From NCBI GenBank assembly GCA_000830275.1, contig CP010424.1, positions 150,001 to 182,000 of the forward strand: a stretch of DNA of 32,000 nt, read 5' to 3'. How positions within the stretch are numbered: position 1 is the stretch's first letter; every line of letters starts with the position of its first letter. The DNA is from an archaeon GW2011_AR10. GTDB lineage: Archaea > Iainarchaeota > Iainarchaeia > Iainarchaeales > GW2011-AR10. Below, one piece after another: positions 23,440 to 32,000 of this stretch. The notes under the pieces were generated by a model that was given only the letters and a program-made list of their open reading frames with translations, did not search any database and was not told the DNA's origin. Both the position numbers and the translations under genes were made by a program.

Positions 23440-26145
23440 ATGAATACTATGTACAATCACGCTGAAATTGAGCGCAAATGGCAGAAAAAGTGGCAGGAAA
23501 CCAAAATCTTTGAGGTCAAAGAGGACAAGAAAAAGAAGAAGTACTATGTGCTTGAAATGTTCCCTTATCCATCTGGAAAGCTTCACATGGGCCACGTCAG
23601 GAACTACTCAATAGGGGATTCGCTTGCAAGGTTCAAGAGAATGCAGGGCTTTAACGTGCTTTATCCCATGGGGTTTGATGCTTTTGGCTTGCCTGCTGAA
23701 AATGCTGCTATCCAAGAGGGGGCAGATCCAAGAACTTACACTTTTTCAAGAATTGAGGACATGACAAAAAGGCTTCATGACCTTGGCTACAGCTATGACT
23801 GGAACCGTTTGATTAAGACCTGTGTGCCAGAATACTACAAGTGGAATCAACTTATTTTTTTAAAATTCTTTGAAAAAGGCTTGGTTTACAAAGAAAAAGC
23901 TGAAGTAAATTGGTGCAAAGAATGCAGCACTGTGCTGGCAAACGAGCAAGTGGTTAATGGCAGCTGCTGGCGCCACACAAACTGCGAAGTTGAAAAGAAA
24001 GAATTGGAGCAGTGGTATTTCAGGATAACAAAGTATGCTGATGAACTGCTTGAAGACCTTGAAAACATTAAGGATTGGCCTGAAAGAGTTAAGCTCATGC
24101 AGAAGAACTGGATCGGGAAAAGCGAAGGAGTTGATATTTATTTCAAACTTGAAGGAACGAACCAAAAGCTTCCGACTTATACAACAAGATGCGACACAAT
24201 ATTCAGTGTAACTTTTTTAGCAATTGCTCCAGAACATCAGATGATTCCTGAATTGGTTAAGGGAACAGGGCTAGAGGAAGATGTGGCAAGTTTTGTTAAA
24301 GAAGCTGAAAAGCAAAGTTTAATTGACAGGGAGAATGAGGAGAAAGAAAAGCAAGGCATATTCACTGGCAGGTATGCGATTAATCCGGTTAACAATGAAA
24401 GGGTGCCGATTTTTGTTGCAAACTTTGCTTTGATGTATGGTTCAGGAATTGTAATGTGTGATGCACATGACAAAAGAGACTTTCGCTTTGCAAGAAAGTA
24501 CGGCATTCCATTAAAATTTGTAATTAGCCCTGACGGAAAACCAGCAGATACAGGTAATTTCAATGATGCTTTTACTGATGATGGAATACTTTTTAACTCA
24601 GGAAAGTTCAGCGGAATGCCGAATAGAAAAGCGCTTCCAAAAATGGCTGAATGGATTGAAAAAGAGGGAAAAGGAAAGCGCGCCACCAATTACAAGATAA
24701 GGGACTGGCTTATTTCTAGGCAGAGGTTCTGGGGAACGCCAATTCCAATTGTTTACTGTGAGAAATGCGGAACAGTGTCTGTGCCTGAAAAAGATTTGCC
24801 AGTAAGGCTTCCAGAAAAAGCCGACTTCTCCTCTGGAGGAAACCCGCTTGCAACAGTGAAAGAGTTTGTGAAAGTAAAGTGCCCAAAATGCGGTTCGGCT
24901 GCGCGAAGGGAAACAGACACAATGGACACTTTTGTTGATTCAAGCTGGTATTTCTTGCGCTATTGCTCCCCGCTTGAGTCAAATGCTCCATTCAACAAAG
25001 AAAAAGTCCAGTATTGGATGCCGGTTGACCAGTACATTGGCGGAATAGAGCACGCTATTCTTCACCTTCTTTACGCCAGGTTTTTCACCAAGGCATTAAG
25101 GGACCTGAAAATGCTGAAATTTGATGAGCCTTTCACGAGGCTCCTTGCACAGGGGATGGTATTAAAGGATGGGGCAAAAATGTCAAAAAGCTTCGGCAAC
25201 GTTGTAGAGCCTGGAGAAATAATTGAAAAGTTTGGCGCTGACACTGCAAGAGTGTTTATTCTTTCAACTGCTTTGCCTGAAAAAGAGCTTGACTGGAGCG
25301 ATGAAGGAGTGCATGCAAGCTACAAGTTCCTTAACAGGGTTTACTCTTTCTTTGAAGAGAACGGGGCAAGAGCCAGCAGTGGCAAAATCAGCTCCAAATC
25401 GTTGAGCTCTCAGGACAGGCTGGTTTTAAGCATTGCGAACCGCACAATTGATGGCGTGTCAGGGCACTTGAGCAAATTCCAGTTCAACTATGCCATTTCG
25501 TCATTAATGCAGTTGGTTGGAGAACTGCAAAAGTACAGGGAGCCAAAAAAAGAAGTGCTTGGCTTTGCAATGAAAAACATTGCGTTGATGCTGAATCCTT
25601 TTGCACCGCACTTAAGCGAGGAACTGTGGCAGATGACTGGAGGAAAAGGGTTTGCCTCGCTCCAACCTTGGCCGAAAGCGGACAAAAAATTTATTGACCT
25701 GAAAGCAGAGCAAGCCAACGAGCTTGTTAAAGCAGTAAGGGAGGACATAGTTAAAATCAGGGGCCTTGCCAAGAAAGAAAAGCTCAAAAAAATAGTGGTT
25801 TATGTTGCCCCTGCTTGGAAATGGCGTGCAGTTGAATTGGCAGAAAAGGCTTGCAGGGAAAGGCTTGACTTTGGCTTGGCCATTAAGGCAATGATGGCTG
25901 ACTCAAAGCTGAAGGAAAATAAATCAGAGATTCAGTATTTAGCCAAGCAAATTGTTCCAAGGCTTCCAGATTACAAAAGGTCGGAAAAAATCGACGAGTT
26001 AAGCGTACTAAAAGAGGCAGTTGGTTTCCTTGCAAAAGAATTTGGCTCAGAAGTTGAAGTAGTGGAAGCTGAAAAAGCAAAGTTTGACCCCGCCAAAAAA
26101 GCAAGGAATGCTTTGCCCTTAAAACCGGCAATTTACGTTGAATGA
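23440..26145 (+). CDS. leuS: Leucyl-tRNA synthetase: bacterial-type catalytic/editing core with an archaeal-type C-terminal domain
   Basis: Carries [43 protein letters not shown] (CP1) and KMSKS. The C-terminus has [17 protein letters not shown] and ends [11 protein letters not shown]. Confidence 0.9.
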   Translation: MNTMYNHAEIERKWQKKWQETKIFEVKEDKKKKKYYVLEMFPYPSGKLHMGHVRNYSIGDSLARFKRMQGFNVLYPMGFDAFGLPAENAAIQEGADPRTYTFSRIEDMTKRLHDLGYSYDWNRLIKTCVPEYYKWNQLIFLKFFEKGLVYKEKAEVNWCKECSTVLANEQVVNGSCWRHTNCEVEKKELEQWYFRITKYADELLEDLENIKDWPERVKLMQKNWIGKSEGVDIYFKLEGTNQKLPTYTTRCDTIFSVTFLAIAPEHQMIPELVKGTGLEEDVASFVKEAEKQSLIDRENEEKEKQGIFTGRYAINPVNNERVPIFVANFALMYGSGIVMCDAHDKRDFRFARKYGIPLKFVISPDGKPADTGNFNDAFTDDGILFNSGKFSGMPNRKALPKMAEWIEKEGKGKRATNYKIRDWLISRQRFWGTPIPIVYCEKCGTVSVPEKDLPVRLPEKADFSSGGNPLATVKEFVKVKCPKCGSAARRETDTMDTFVDSSWYFLRYCSPLESNAPFNKEKVQYWMPVDQYIGGIEHAILHLLYARFFTKALRDLKMLKFDEPFTRLLAQGMVLKDGAKMSKSFGNVVEPGEIIEKFGADTARVFILSTALPEKELDWSDEGVHASYKFLNRVYSFFEENGARASSGKISSKSLSSQDRLVLSIANRTIDGVSGHLSKFQFNYAISSLMQLVGELQKYREPKKEVLGFAMKNIALMLNPFAPHLSEELWQMTGGKGFASLQPWPKADKKFIDLKAEQANELVKAVREDIVKIRGLAKKEKLKKIVVYVAPAWKWRAVELAEKACRERLDFGLAIKAMMADSKLKENKSEIQYLAKQIVPRLPDYKRSEKIDELSVLKEAVGFLAKEFGSEVEVVEAEKAKFDPAKKARNALPLKPAIYVE

Positions 26146-26158
26146 ATGTGCTTTCTGC

Positions 26159-27889
26159 CTACATTCTTTCCAGCGCATCAATGTTCAGCAGCCTTAAACC
26201 GTTCTTTAGAACGATTGAGGTTGCCTCCACTAATGCCAGCCTTGCATTGCTTGTTTTTGAATCAGCTTTGATTACTTGGTGCTGGTGGTAAAATGTATTG
26301 AATGCAGCGCCCAGGCTTAAAAGGTACTGGCAAATGCTGTGAGGGCTTAAACTGCGCGCAGTTGTTTCCACAACTGCTGGAAAATCGCGTAGAATGTTGA
26401 GCAGTTCTATTTCCTCTTTTTCTTGCAGCGCAGAAAAATCGATTTTTCCCGTTCTTTTGAGTTTTCGGAGAATGCTTTTTGCCCTCGCATAAGTGTACTG
26501 CACGTATGGCCCGGAGTCACCTTCAAAAGAAACAGCCCTATTCATTTCAAACATTATTTCTTTGTTAAGATCGTTTTTGAGCATGTAAAACTTGATTGCT
26601 GCCAAACAGATTTTTTTTGCTCGTTCATTCCTTTCTTTTGCACTCAACTCAGGGTATCTTTTCCCAAGTTCTTTCAAGGCAAGCTCTGTTACGCTCTCTA
26701 TCAACTCGTCAGCGTCAACGACTTTTCCTTCCCTGCTCTTCAGGGTTCCGCCCTCGAGCTTTACCAGCCCATAGCTTAAATGATGGCAGTTTTCAGCCCA
26801 CTTGAACCCGAGCAGTTTTAAAACCAAGAACAGTTGCCTGAAGTAGTTGTCCTGCTCTGACGCAACAACCCAAAGGGCTTTATCTAGCTTGAAGTGCTCA
26901 AACTTGTGCTTGGTTAAAGGCAAGTCATTGGTTATGTAAATTGAGGTTCCATCAGCCCTCAGGATTGTCTTGTTTTCAAGTCCGCGTTCTTTGAGTGAAG
27001 CGATTACCGCGCCGCTTTCATCCCTGAAGAAAACCCTTTTTTTCAAGCCCAATTCCACTAAAGGCTTGGCTTTATGGTAAAAATCGCTTTCAAAGAAAAC
27101 CGCGTCAAACTCTGAGCCAAAATTTTTGTAGGTTTCCTTAAAGCCTTTCATCGCCCAGCCATTCATTTTATTCCACAGCTTTTTTGTGGTCTTGTCGTTT
27201 GTTTCCCATTTTCTCAGCATCCCGGAAAGCTCTTCTTTAAGTGAAGGCTCCTCCTTCAATTTCTGGTTGAACAAAACATAGTACTTTCCTACCAAGTGGT
27301 CTGGTTTCAGCTTTCCCGGCTTTTCTTCGTTTCCCCATTTCTTGTAGGCAAGCATTGACTGGCAGATGTGAATGCCGCGGTCGCTGAAAAGATTTGCTTT
27401 AATTACTTTTGCTCCACTTACTTCAAGAACCTTTACAATGCTCATTCCAATCGAGTCATTCCTTAAGTGGCCGATGTGCAGTGGCTTGTTAGTGTTAGGG
27501 CTTGAATACTCGACCATTATTTTTTCCCCTTTTTTTGTTAGGCTGCTCCCATACTTTTCCTTTTGTTTTAAAATTGAGGAAATGGTTTGCTCTGTTAAAA
27601 CGGATTTGCTTAAGAAAAAGTTTACATAAGGCCCTGCCGTTTTTATTTCACTCACTTCTTTTGGAAGCTTAATTTTTGCTGCAATTTCTGCGGCAATCTC
27701 GTTCGGGTTCTTTTTGAGCATTTTAGCAAGCCTGAAAGAAGGGAAAGCGTAATCTCCCAACTCTGGTTTTGGCGGTCTTTCGATTGCCTGCATTATTTCG
27801 TTTTCAGCCAATTTTACCTGAATTGCTTTTGCAATGCTTGCAGCAATTGATTTCTTAAAAGAATCCATAAATAAATCTCCACCTATCAT
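26159..27889 (-). CDS. argS: Arginyl-tRNA synthetase
   Basis: Carries SSPNTNKPLHIGHLRN (HIGH) and the characteristic C-terminal Met. The ATG overlaps the upstream stop as ATGA. An alternative start is M8 (MDSFKK). Confidence 0.9.
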   Translation of the reverse strand: MIGGDLFMDSFKKSIAASIAKAIQVKLAENEIMQAIERPPKPELGDYAFPSFRLAKMLKKNPNEIAAEIAAKIKLPKEVSEIKTAGPYVNFFLSKSVLTEQTISSILKQKEKYGSSLTKKGEKIMVEYSSPNTNKPLHIGHLRNDSIGMSIVKVLEVSGAKVIKANLFSDRGIHICQSMLAYKKWGNEEKPGKLKPDHLVGKYYVLFNQKLKEEPSLKEELSGMLRKWETNDKTTKKLWNKMNGWAMKGFKETYKNFGSEFDAVFFESDFYHKAKPLVELGLKKRVFFRDESGAVIASLKERGLENKTILRADGTSIYITNDLPLTKHKFEHFKLDKALWVVASEQDNYFRQLFLVLKLLGFKWAENCHHLSYGLVKLEGGTLKSREGKVVDADELIESVTELALKELGKRYPELSAKERNERAKKICLAAIKFYMLKNDLNKEIMFEMNRAVSFEGDSGPYVQYTYARAKSILRKLKRTGKIDFSALQEKEEIELLNILRDFPAVVETTARSLSPHSICQYLLSLGAAFNTFYHQHQVIKADSKTSNARLALVEATSIVLKNGLRLLNIDALERM

Positions 27890-28839
27890 TTAATTAGTTT
27901 GAACAGCAGTGCTTTCTGCACGTGCAGCCTGTTCTCTGCTTCATCTAGCACAACACTCTGCCTTGAATCAATTACCTCGTCAGTAATCTCGTAGCCGCGG
28001 CTTGCAGGCAGGCAGTGCATGAACAAGGCATTTTTCTTTGCTTTGCCCATAAGTTTTTTGTTTACCTGGAAGGGCCTGAATGCTTTAAGCCGGTTCTTTT
28101 TCTCTTTTGCCGGAATCCTGTAAGACATCCAAGTGTCAGTGTAAACTGCGTCAGCGCCCTTAACAGCTTGAGCTGGGTTTCGCAAAATTTCGATTTTTGA
28201 TCCTGAACGTTTCGCAAATGCCCTTGCTTCTTTCACCACTTTTTCCTGTGGTGAAAAAGTTTTTCCAGCAGGGCAGGCAACGGAAATGTCCATTCCAATT
28301 AGGCTTGCCCCGTAAAGAAGCGAATGCGTTACATTATTGTTTCCGTCCCCCACAAAAGCAAGCTTCAATCCCTCTAGTTTTCTTTTTTTCTCGTAAATGG
28401 TCATGAAGTCTGCAAGCACTTGGCAGGGGTGCTCGAAGCTGGTTAAAGCGTTTATGACTGGAATTGAAGAGTTTTCAGCGATTTTTTCCAATGTTTTTTG
28501 GCTGTGAATCCTTGCAGTCAGCGCATCACAATAACGCGAAACAACCCTTGCAAAATCAGCGATTGACTCTTTTTTCCCTATAGTTGATTCCGAGATGCTG
28601 TAATAGACTGCGTGTCCCCCCATTTGGTTCATTGCAACCTCAAAGCTTAGCCTTGTCCGCAGTGAAGGCATCTCGAAAAGAATCAGCAGGTTTTTGTTCT
28701 TCAGTGCGTTATCGTACTTCGAAGGCCTTTTTTTTGCTTCAATTCCTTTCTTTACCAATTCCATTATTTCTTTTGCCTTTAAATCCGTTATCGAAAGAAA
28801 ATGCATTTTTTCCCTCTGGATGCCGATATCAAATAACAT
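27886..28839 (-). CDS. argF: Ornithine carbamoyltransferase
   Basis: Carries PSLRTRLSFE, FEHPCQVLAD, VGDGNNNV and FMHCLPA, which are OTC rather than ATCase signatures. Confidence 0.8.
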   Translation of the reverse strand: MLFDIGIQREKMHFLSITDLKAKEIMELVKKGIEAKKRPSKYDNALKNKNLLILFEMPSLRTRLSFEVAMNQMGGHAVYYSISESTIGKKESIADFARVVSRYCDALTARIHSQKTLEKIAENSSIPVINALTSFEHPCQVLADFMTIYEKKRKLEGLKLAFVGDGNNNVTHSLLYGASLIGMDISVACPAGKTFSPQEKVVKEARAFAKRSGSKIEILRNPAQAVKGADAVYTDTWMSYRIPAKEKKNRLKAFRPFQVNKKLMGKAKKNALFMHCLPASRGYEITDEVIDSRQSVVLDEAENRLHVQKALLFKLIK

Positions 28840-28899
28840 ATTATAAATGTGTTAGCTATTAATTAAATTTAGCTTTGCGATAATTGTTATTGGGATTAA

Positions 28900-29529
28900 A
28901 TGGTTGAAAAAGTTGCTTTTAAAGGAGAGGGAGAAGCAAAAGCCAAGGAAATAGTTGACTGGGTTGAAAGCAAATTAATTCATCCTAAGTCTGCTCTTCT
29001 CGGAATTGTAGAGGCCGGCAACAGGACCCCGAAAAAAATTCTTGATTCAGGAAAAGTTTTCCCTGCATTAAGCTGCCTTGACTTGGCAGTTGCTATAGGG
29101 GCTGTTTTAAGGGAAAACGGCTTCAAGGTTTATCTGGTTACTGAAAGAATTCATCGGGATGGCCTGTCAATCGGTCTGCATTTCCTTGTTGAAGTAACAG
29201 ACGGAAAAACAAGGTTTTCAGTTGACCCTAGAATTATGAAGACTTATTTCTTTTCCGGTTGGTTTGGCAAGGAGAGAAACGGAAATGTACTTGACCCATC
29301 CAGCACTAAATCCAGAGTCAAATTTGTTAAGGTGCATAGAGCAGAACTGCCTGCAAATGCAATGACAACAAAAGCTTTCAGATTAGTTGGAATAAAAAAC
29401 AAAATTCACTTTCTCAGGCTTGCAAATATTGACCTGCGGGGTTTTTCAAAAGTTATGTTAATAAAAAAATTATTCATGTCTAACCGGAGAATAGGAAAAC
29501 TAGGGCTTAATCCTGCCAGAATACGATAA
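28900..29529 (+). CDS. Hypothetical protein, possible transglutaminase-like cysteine protease fold
   Basis: 209-aa ORF. The spaced elements LSCLDLAVAIGAVLRENGFKVYLV, GLHFLVEV and FSVDP resemble the Cys-His-Asp triad context of transglutaminase-like proteins. Confidence 0.45.
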   Translation: MVEKVAFKGEGEAKAKEIVDWVESKLIHPKSALLGIVEAGNRTPKKILDSGKVFPALSCLDLAVAIGAVLRENGFKVYLVTERIHRDGLSIGLHFLVEVTDGKTRFSVDPRIMKTYFFSGWFGKERNGNVLDPSSTKSRVKFVKVHRAELPANAMTTKAFRLVGIKNKIHFLRLANIDLRGFSKVMLIKKLFMSNRRIGKLGLNPARIR

Positions 29530-29672
29530 ACTAGAATTTTTAGAAAGTAGAAATGCCATAAAGGATTAATACGGGCCAGGAGGAGTCCAAAATCAGAAAA
29601 ACCCAAGGTTTTTCCGACACCTTTTCCTCCATAAATTTTTTACTGAATTTATTGTAATGTTGCGTGTCAAAG

Positions 29673-29762
29673 CGGACCCGGAGGGATTCGAACCCTCGAC
29701 CTGCTGCTTTCCTCCGTGGAAGCATTAGAAGGCAGCTGCCCTATCCACTAGGCTACGGGTCC
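29673..29762 (-). tRNA. tRNA-Arg(UCU) with a canonical 37/38 intron
   Basis: The reverse complement reads GGACCCG TA GCCT AGTGGATA GGGC A GCTGC CTTCTA[intron]A GCAGC AGGTC GAGGG TTCGAAT CCCTC CGGGTCC G. The anticodon TCT lies at 29729-29727. Confidence 0.85.
29709..29725 (-). other. 17-nt canonical intron of tRNA-Arg
   Basis: The intron is ATGCTTCCACGGAGGAA. The central 4-bp helix pairs CTTC (nt 32-35) with GAGG, flanked by the 3-nt bulges T36-A37-a and a-a-A38. Confidence 0.75.
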
Positions 29763-29838
29763 TCTTAATCCTTTACCTTCAAGTGGTTTAAAGAATTAGA
29801 TTAATGAAATTATTTAAAGGTAGCTATTTGCCATTGTG

Positions 29839-30270
29839 TTATTTTTTAACGTTGAATATCCTGTTGAAGATGTCTTTCTTTTGGAACGCTTTTTCCTGCA
29901 CGTCAAAAAGCCATGCTTTCAGGTTTGGCTTGTTGAATTCTCTGGAAAAAGCCTTGGCTCTTGCGTAAGAGCGAAAGCCTTTTTTCTCCTTTTTTTGGTA
30001 GAATTCAAGGGAGCTGCTTGGCAGCACGAAAACGAATTCGTCCACTTCCAAGCTGTAGGGGAGCTTTCCCTTCAGCTTTCCTTTTGATGGCCTTGTTAGC
30101 ACTTCTATTCCAATTGCTTTTCCTGTTTTTGTTTCAATTAGGAAGTCGAAAGAGCCAGCGCGCAGCCCGCGCTTTTCTAGCAGAACCGGCTGCTCCACTG
30201 AAATGCTTTTAATTTGGAGTGAATTAAGCAGCTCCATTCTGCGCAGCTCGTGGAGAGTGTAAAAGTGCAT
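29839..30270 (-). CDS. Hypothetical protein (143 aa), possible PD-(D/E)xK nuclease-like fold
   Basis: The segment GSFDFLIETKTGKAIGIEVLTRPSKGK loosely fits a D..(E)x(K) restriction-endonuclease-like core. Weak. Confidence 0.4.
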   Translation of the reverse strand: MHFYTLHELRRMELLNSLQIKSISVEQPVLLEKRGLRAGSFDFLIETKTGKAIGIEVLTRPSKGKLKGKLPYSLEVDEFVFVLPSSSLEFYQKKEKKGFRSYARAKAFSREFNKPNLKAWLFDVQEKAFQKKDIFNRIFNVKK

Positions 30271-30412
30271 CAGTTGCGTTAGGCCGTTCCCGGCAAATTC
30301 AAGACTTACCGCTATCCTGTCACCTTTTCAATAGCTTTTAAAACAGCTTTGTTTTAAAATATCTGTAAACATATTTCATTAAAACTTTAATTAAATTTTT
30401 GTGGTGGGGCTG

Positions 30413-31198
30413 ATGGTTTTCCTGCAGTCTGGGCTGTTTGGAGCAATTCTCGCGTTCATTTTCCTTCCCCTGCTAATAATTGCTTTTTTTGTTTTGCTTG
30501 CCTCAATAAAAATCATTCAAGAGTATGAAAGGGGAGTTAAGTTCACGCTTGGAAGATTTGGTGGGATAATGGGGCCAGGCCTTAACATCCTTTTTCCGAT
30601 TATTCAGTCTTACAGGAAAATAGATTTGAGGGTAAAAACGGTTGATGTGCCAAAACAGGAAGTGATGACTCAGGATAATGTTCCTGTTAGGGTTAATGCA
30701 GTGGTTTATTTTAAGGTTGAAGACCCGGCTAAGGCAGTGCTAAAAATTGAGGACTACATGTATGCCACTTCCCAATACGCTCAAACAGCTTTAAGGGATG
30801 TGCTGGGGGAAGCTAGCCTGGACAATGTGTTAACCAAGAGGGATGAGCTTGCAGTGAAAATCAAAAACATTGCTGACAAGGAAACAGATGCATGGGGAAT
30901 TGATGTTACGGCTGTTAAAATGCAGGACATAGAGCTGCCAGATAATATGAAGAGGACAATGGCAAAACAGGCTGAAGCCGAAAGAGAGAAAAGGGCAGTT
31001 ATAATCAAGGCAGAAGGAGAAGTTATTGCGTCAGGCAACCTTGCAAAAGCAGCTGCAACCCTTTCAAAATCCCCGGGAGCACTGCACCTTAGAACCCTTA
31101 ACACCATCAATGACTTGAGCTCCGATCAGTCAAATACTGTTATTTTCGTTGTTCCGCTTGAAGTATTGAGGGCTTTTGAGAGATTTGGCAAAAAATAG
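30413..31198 (+). CDS. SPFH/band-7 (stomatin/prohibitin-like) membrane protein
   Basis: N-terminal TM helix followed by IIQEYERGVKFTLGRF, PKQEVMTQDNVPVRVNAVVYFKV and AEAEREKRAVIIKAEGE. The ATG at 30413 follows a GGTGG SD-like element. The track start is a GTG at 30401. Confidence 0.85.
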   Translation: MVFLQSGLFGAILAFIFLPLLIIAFFVLLASIKIIQEYERGVKFTLGRFGGIMGPGLNILFPIIQSYRKIDLRVKTVDVPKQEVMTQDNVPVRVNAVVYFKVEDPAKAVLKIEDYMYATSQYAQTALRDVLGEASLDNVLTKRDELAVKIKNIADKETDAWGIDVTAVKMQDIELPDNMKRTMAKQAEAEREKRAVIIKAEGEVIASGNLAKAAATLSKSPGALHLRTLNTINDLSSDQSNTVIFVVPLEVLRAFERFGKK

Positions 31199-31250
31199 GT
31201 TTTTTTCTTCTTCGGCAGGGTTTTAATATTTTTCAGCCAATACTTATTGT

Positions 31251-31481
31251 ATGGTGGGGGTAAAAGGGCAAGCTGATCCAAACCTACCCCAAATAACGTT
31301 CGGGGTTTTTTTGGTTGCATTATCGGTTGTTTTGCTGTTGGGCTCGCTTGACTTGCTGGACTTTGACAGGTTGCCTGGAAACGCAAACGTTGATGTGTTC
31401 ATTGCCTTTGGGGTTCTGGCAATTGGCCTGATATACGTTTTCGGTTACCTGAACCCAAGGAAAAACAATAAAGAAAAATAA
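31251..31481 (+). CDS. Small two-TM membrane protein downstream of the SPFH gene
   Basis: 76-aa ORF with two hydrophobic segments. No motif. It may be an SPFH partner, by position only. Confidence 0.4.
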   Translation: MVGVKGQADPNLPQITFGVFLVALSVVLLLGSLDLLDFDRLPGNANVDVFIAFGVLAIGLIYVFGYLNPRKNNKEK

Positions 31482-31508
31482 AAGAAAAAAAGAATTAGGC
31501 AAAGGTTT

Positions 31509-31598
31509 ATAGCAAATGACAAAAATATTTGAACAAATAATGTCATTTGCTATCTATCAGGCGACAATAAATGTTCAAAAATTAATGTCGCCTGCTAT
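31509..31598. other. Twin hairpins with mutually complementary loops between convergent genes
   Basis: Hairpin 1 pairs ATAGCAAATGACA (31509-31521) with TGTCATTTGCTAT (31541-31553). Hairpin 2 pairs CAGGCGACA (31558-31566) with TGTCGCCTG (31586-31594). Loop 1 contains TTTGAACA (31528-31535) and loop 2 contains TGTTCAAA (31572-31579). Confidence 0.5.
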
Positions 31599-31619
31599 AG
31601 TTGTAAGAGATTGCAATTG

Positions 31620-32000
31620 TTATGTTGTGGCAGGAAGGCAAAACCTTACGATTTCCCCTCTTTTCAGTGCCTCTTTCCTTATCCCTGAAAGCGTTAGCCC
31701 AACAGTCATTCCTTGCTTGGCTTTAGAGACCCCGTATTTTGACTCTATTTCTATGAGGTCAAAAGCGTTTTCCCCAATTGAACCCCTCATGTTTTGTTCC
31801 AGCACCCCTGAGAGCACTTCCCCAACCATGAAGATTTCATCTTGCCCCACGAACTGGCAGACGGCTTTTACTTTAACGTCAGTTCTTTCCCCGGAACTGG
31901 CTTGAATGTTGTCCAGAGGCCTGGTTACCTCCTTAAAAGCTTCTGTTTGGGTGGGCTTTTTGCTCCCCCCGTAAATAAGTGAGATTAGGCTCATCCCCAT
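31620..32000 (-). CDS. Hypothetical protein, possibly a translation-factor domain-II-like beta-barrel; may be truncated at the window edge
   Basis: 126-aa ORF whose ATG coincides with the last window bases. The segment GEVLSGVLEQNMRGSIGENAFDLIEIESKYGVSKAKQGMTVGLTLSGIRKEALKRGEIV resembles EF-Tu/IF2-type domain II. Weak. Confidence 0.4.
   Translation of the reverse strand: MGMSLISLIYGGSKKPTQTEAFKEVTRPLDNIQASSGERTDVKVKAVCQFVGQDEIFMVGEVLSGVLEQNMRGSIGENAFDLIEIESKYGVSKAKQGMTVGLTLSGIRKEALKRGEIVRFCLPATT

Noticed and set aside
24237-24689. 150-aa ORF antisense within leuS, and similar antisense ORFs in argS, alaS and the OTC gene
   Set aside because: The sense frames carry unambiguous aaRS or OTC motifs. 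The antisense frames are low-complexity shadow ORFs.
29596-29614. Hairpin GAAAAAC-CCAAG-GTTTTTC about 60 nt downstream of tRNA-Arg as a sixth module copy
   Set aside because: Only the AAACC..GGTTT flavour of hairpin 1 is shared. The ACGAA linker and second hairpin are absent, and the element is not adjacent to the tRNA end. Too weak to count.
31516-31905. 129-aa plus-strand ORF
   Set aside because: It starts inside the twin-hairpin region, runs antisense through the 31620-32000 ORF, and has no motif.

Overview
This is a gene-dense, moderate-GC fragment of an archaeal genome with a small-genome, DPANN-like character; that placement is inferred only from the sequence. Archaeal markers are a 16S-tRNA-Ala(UGC)-23S operon with no linked 5S, with each rRNA enclosed by a processing helix carrying a canonical bulge-helix-bulge (BHB) motif. 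Others are two intron-containing tRNAs, an archaeal-type RNase P RNA, ribosomal proteins L40e and an unannotated eL41-like ORF, and UbiA-type prenyltransferases. Housekeeping genes include partial FolC, PIMT, an HTH regulator, a GDH-family dehydrogenase, and a thiamine-salvage module (thiamine pyrophosphokinase plus an ABC importer). Also present are AlaRS, LeuRS, ArgRS, ornithine carbamoyltransferase, FolE, FolK and an SPFH protein. Genes are tightly packed, with ATGA start/stop overlaps. The most interesting signals are RNA-level. (1) A ~45-50 nt two-hairpin module recurs at least five times, always attached to stable-RNA genes: 3' of tRNA-Ala, three tandem copies 3' of 23S, inside RNase P RNA, and 3' of RNase P RNA. 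These copies bracket a 430-aa highly basic orphan protein that is transcribed divergently from RNase P RNA. (2) An 86-nt ORF-less insertion in the 23S helix-89 loop folds into a correctly handed BHB; excision would restore the consensus loop. (3) A 14-nt direct repeat of the tRNA-Glu 3' end brackets a single orphan gene, like att sites. Further observations are a LeuRS with a bacterial-type core and archaeal-type C-terminal domain, a short bacterial-type AlaRS, substitutions at normally invariant peptidyl-transferase-centre (PTC) and decoding-site nucleotides, and two structured intergenic regions. All homology calls come from motif recognition by eye; no searches were run.
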